A stretch of DNA of 63,713 nt, the filler included, from Craspedostauros australis (lineage: Eukaryota), in the NCBI GenBank assembly GCA_030167865.1. It is 11 parts of 11 records of this genome, joined end to end, with 100 filler letters (N's around TTAATTAATTAA, not from the genome) between each part and the next. Parts side by side here need not be neighbours in the genome. Positions count along the whole stretch, not along the records: positions 61,955 to 63,713 come from JALAGF010005918.1; 10 more parts are not named here. One strand, written 5' to 3'. Under the pieces are notes generated by a model. That model saw only the letters and a list, made by a program, of their open reading frames with translations, was not told where the DNA came from and made no database searches. A program made the translations under genes and the position numbers. Position 1 is the stretch's first letter. Each line of letters opens with the position of its first letter. Positions 61,955-63,713 of this stretch are shown here, one piece after another.

Positions 61955-63713
61955 CGATATACAGGCGTTGTGTGAACGCATTCGGAAAGGCAGTGGTTAC
62001 ATCGCAAATCCAGCATACGTACCCTCAAAGCCAGTCTCCGGGACACCGGTAATGATCCGCAACCCAGGAGTGCCTCTTGGATGGGTATTTGAGATGAGAT
62101 TGCGGAAGCTTCGCTATCTTCGCTTTCACTACAGCCGCATTCAACGATCATTCACTTCATCAGGTGCCACACTATCCCGACTCAACACCGCTTGGACCTT
62201 ATTCAAAGACGAGAAACGAATCAAAGACAGTGATCCTCTACCAACGCCGGAATTACTCACCAAGGTGGACTCAGTCAGAGAGACGCTGGAGGACATCCGC
62301 AATTACTTGGACAACACACTTGGGAGTCAAGACATTCCACTTGCATACGTTGTTCGACCAGAATCAGAGAAGCCAGAGGACAGAATTCCAGCTGTCACAA
62401 CATCATTTGGAGAACCAACCATGTTGGACGAACTGATTGACCGTGCACCCCATTCCGGTTCCATCTACAAAGCAGACAGAGCAGCAGTTTGGCAAGTTGT
62501 TCGAGCTGCAACACACGGTGGTCCTGCGTGGAACTGGGTACAGGGCTTCGAGAGATCGAAAGACGGACGAGCAGCTCATCAGGCGCTTGAGCAACACTAT
62601 CGTGGAGACTCTTTTCAAGCACGCACGAAAGCATCGGCTGACAAAACGATCGCAGAGACATACTTCGACGGAAGAGCACGAAACTTCACGTTTGAGATGT
62701 ACGCACAGCGATTGAATGCAGCCTTTGAAGATCTTGCGCAGGGAGGTGAACCGCAGATGGAAGAAGCAAAAGTCAGACGTCTTATGCGAGGAATCAGAGA
62801 CCAACGTCTGTTCCCAGCATGCGAAGTCGTACGAGCAACGAAAACGTACAAGACCAGCTTTCATCGAACGGTGAACTATCTCGCAGAGTCTCTTGATCAG
62901 CGCACTGACACAACAACAAGTCGACGTATTGCAGGGATGCAAGGCAATAACAGGAAGAACCGAGGCCGCTCAGGTGGTGGTGGAGGCCAAGGCCGGGGTG
63001 GCAGGGGCGGACGTGGTAAANNNNNNNNNNNNNNNNNNNNNNNNNNNNNNNNNNNNNNNNNNNNNNNNNNGGAAGAGCACGAAACTTCACGTTTGAGATG
63101 TACGCACAGCGATTGAATGCAGCCTTTGAAGATCTTGCGCAGGGAGGTGAACCGCAGATGGAAGAAGCAAAAGTCAGACGTCTTATGCGAGGAATCAGAG
63201 ACCAACGTCTGTTCCCAGCATGCGAAGTCGTACGAGCAACGAAAACGTACAAGACCAGCTTTCATCGAACGGTGAACTATCTCGCAGAGTCTCTTGATCA
63301 GCGCACTGACACAACAACAAGTCGACGTATTGCAGGGATGCAAGGCAATAACAGGAAGAACCGAGGNNNNNNNNNNNNNNNNNNNNNNNNNNNNNNNNNN
63401 NNNNNNNNNNGACGTGGTAAAGGCGGCGACAAAGGCAAACCACAATACAATGCCAACATGAACGTGACCGACAGATATTACGACCGTGAAGAATGGGCAG
63501 TCATGTCTGCCGCGCAGCGTGCACGTGCCATTGCACTTCGACAAGAACGAGATGCGAGAAGAGGAGTTGCATCAGTTGATACGCAAGGACAGAGCAAACG
63601 TCAGCGAACAGATGGTCAGGACGCGACGCCTCCTGTTGCCTCGGGAAGTGCCTCTGCCGACCAGCGCAAGAGCGGCATCGGGGCATTCATGACACGTCGC
63701 AATCAACAAGGCC
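61955..63713 (+). mobile_element. CoDi-type Copia gag fragment
   Basis: IPLAYVVRP, APHSGSIYKAD, AWNWV..DGRAAHQALEQHY, NFTFEMY, RGG-rich tail; 62670-62966 re-read at 63071-63366. Confidence 0.75.

Noticed and set aside
1057..63366. Apparent tandem duplications flanking N gaps (1057/1179, 30003/30314, 34844/35279, 37136/37590, 41596/42080, 43354/43711, 62670/63071)
   Set aside because: Each pair straddles a gap and is near-identical: unmerged contig overlaps or alleles, not biological duplications.

Overview
Eukaryotic DNA, very probably a diatom (CoDi-type Copia gag/pol, RNase H-bearing LINEs, short GT-AG introns, an RXL-type secreted protein). The window is not one locus. It is 11 scaffold pieces joined by artificial 44N-TTAATTAATTAA-44N spacers, and many internal gaps are flanked by duplicated overlaps. 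Host genes: a ~960-aa P-loop NTPase with a putative PD-(D/E)xK nuclease, a head-to-head Patched/NPC1-like plus Dispatched-like pair, an S51 peptidase, a membrane RING-H2 ligase, a GT61 glycosyltransferase, a SUZ12-like PRC2 subunit, a secreted metallopeptidase-like protein lacking HExxH, an adenylation-carrier-ankyrin NRPS-like protein, a MATE transporter and a pseudogenised GPI-anchored protein. Mobile DNA: a decayed DIRS-like tyrosine-recombinase element, several Copia fragments and LTRs, two LINE fragments, a Sola-like transposase fragment and a dispersed repeat. All family assignments come from motif recognition by eye; no searches were run.
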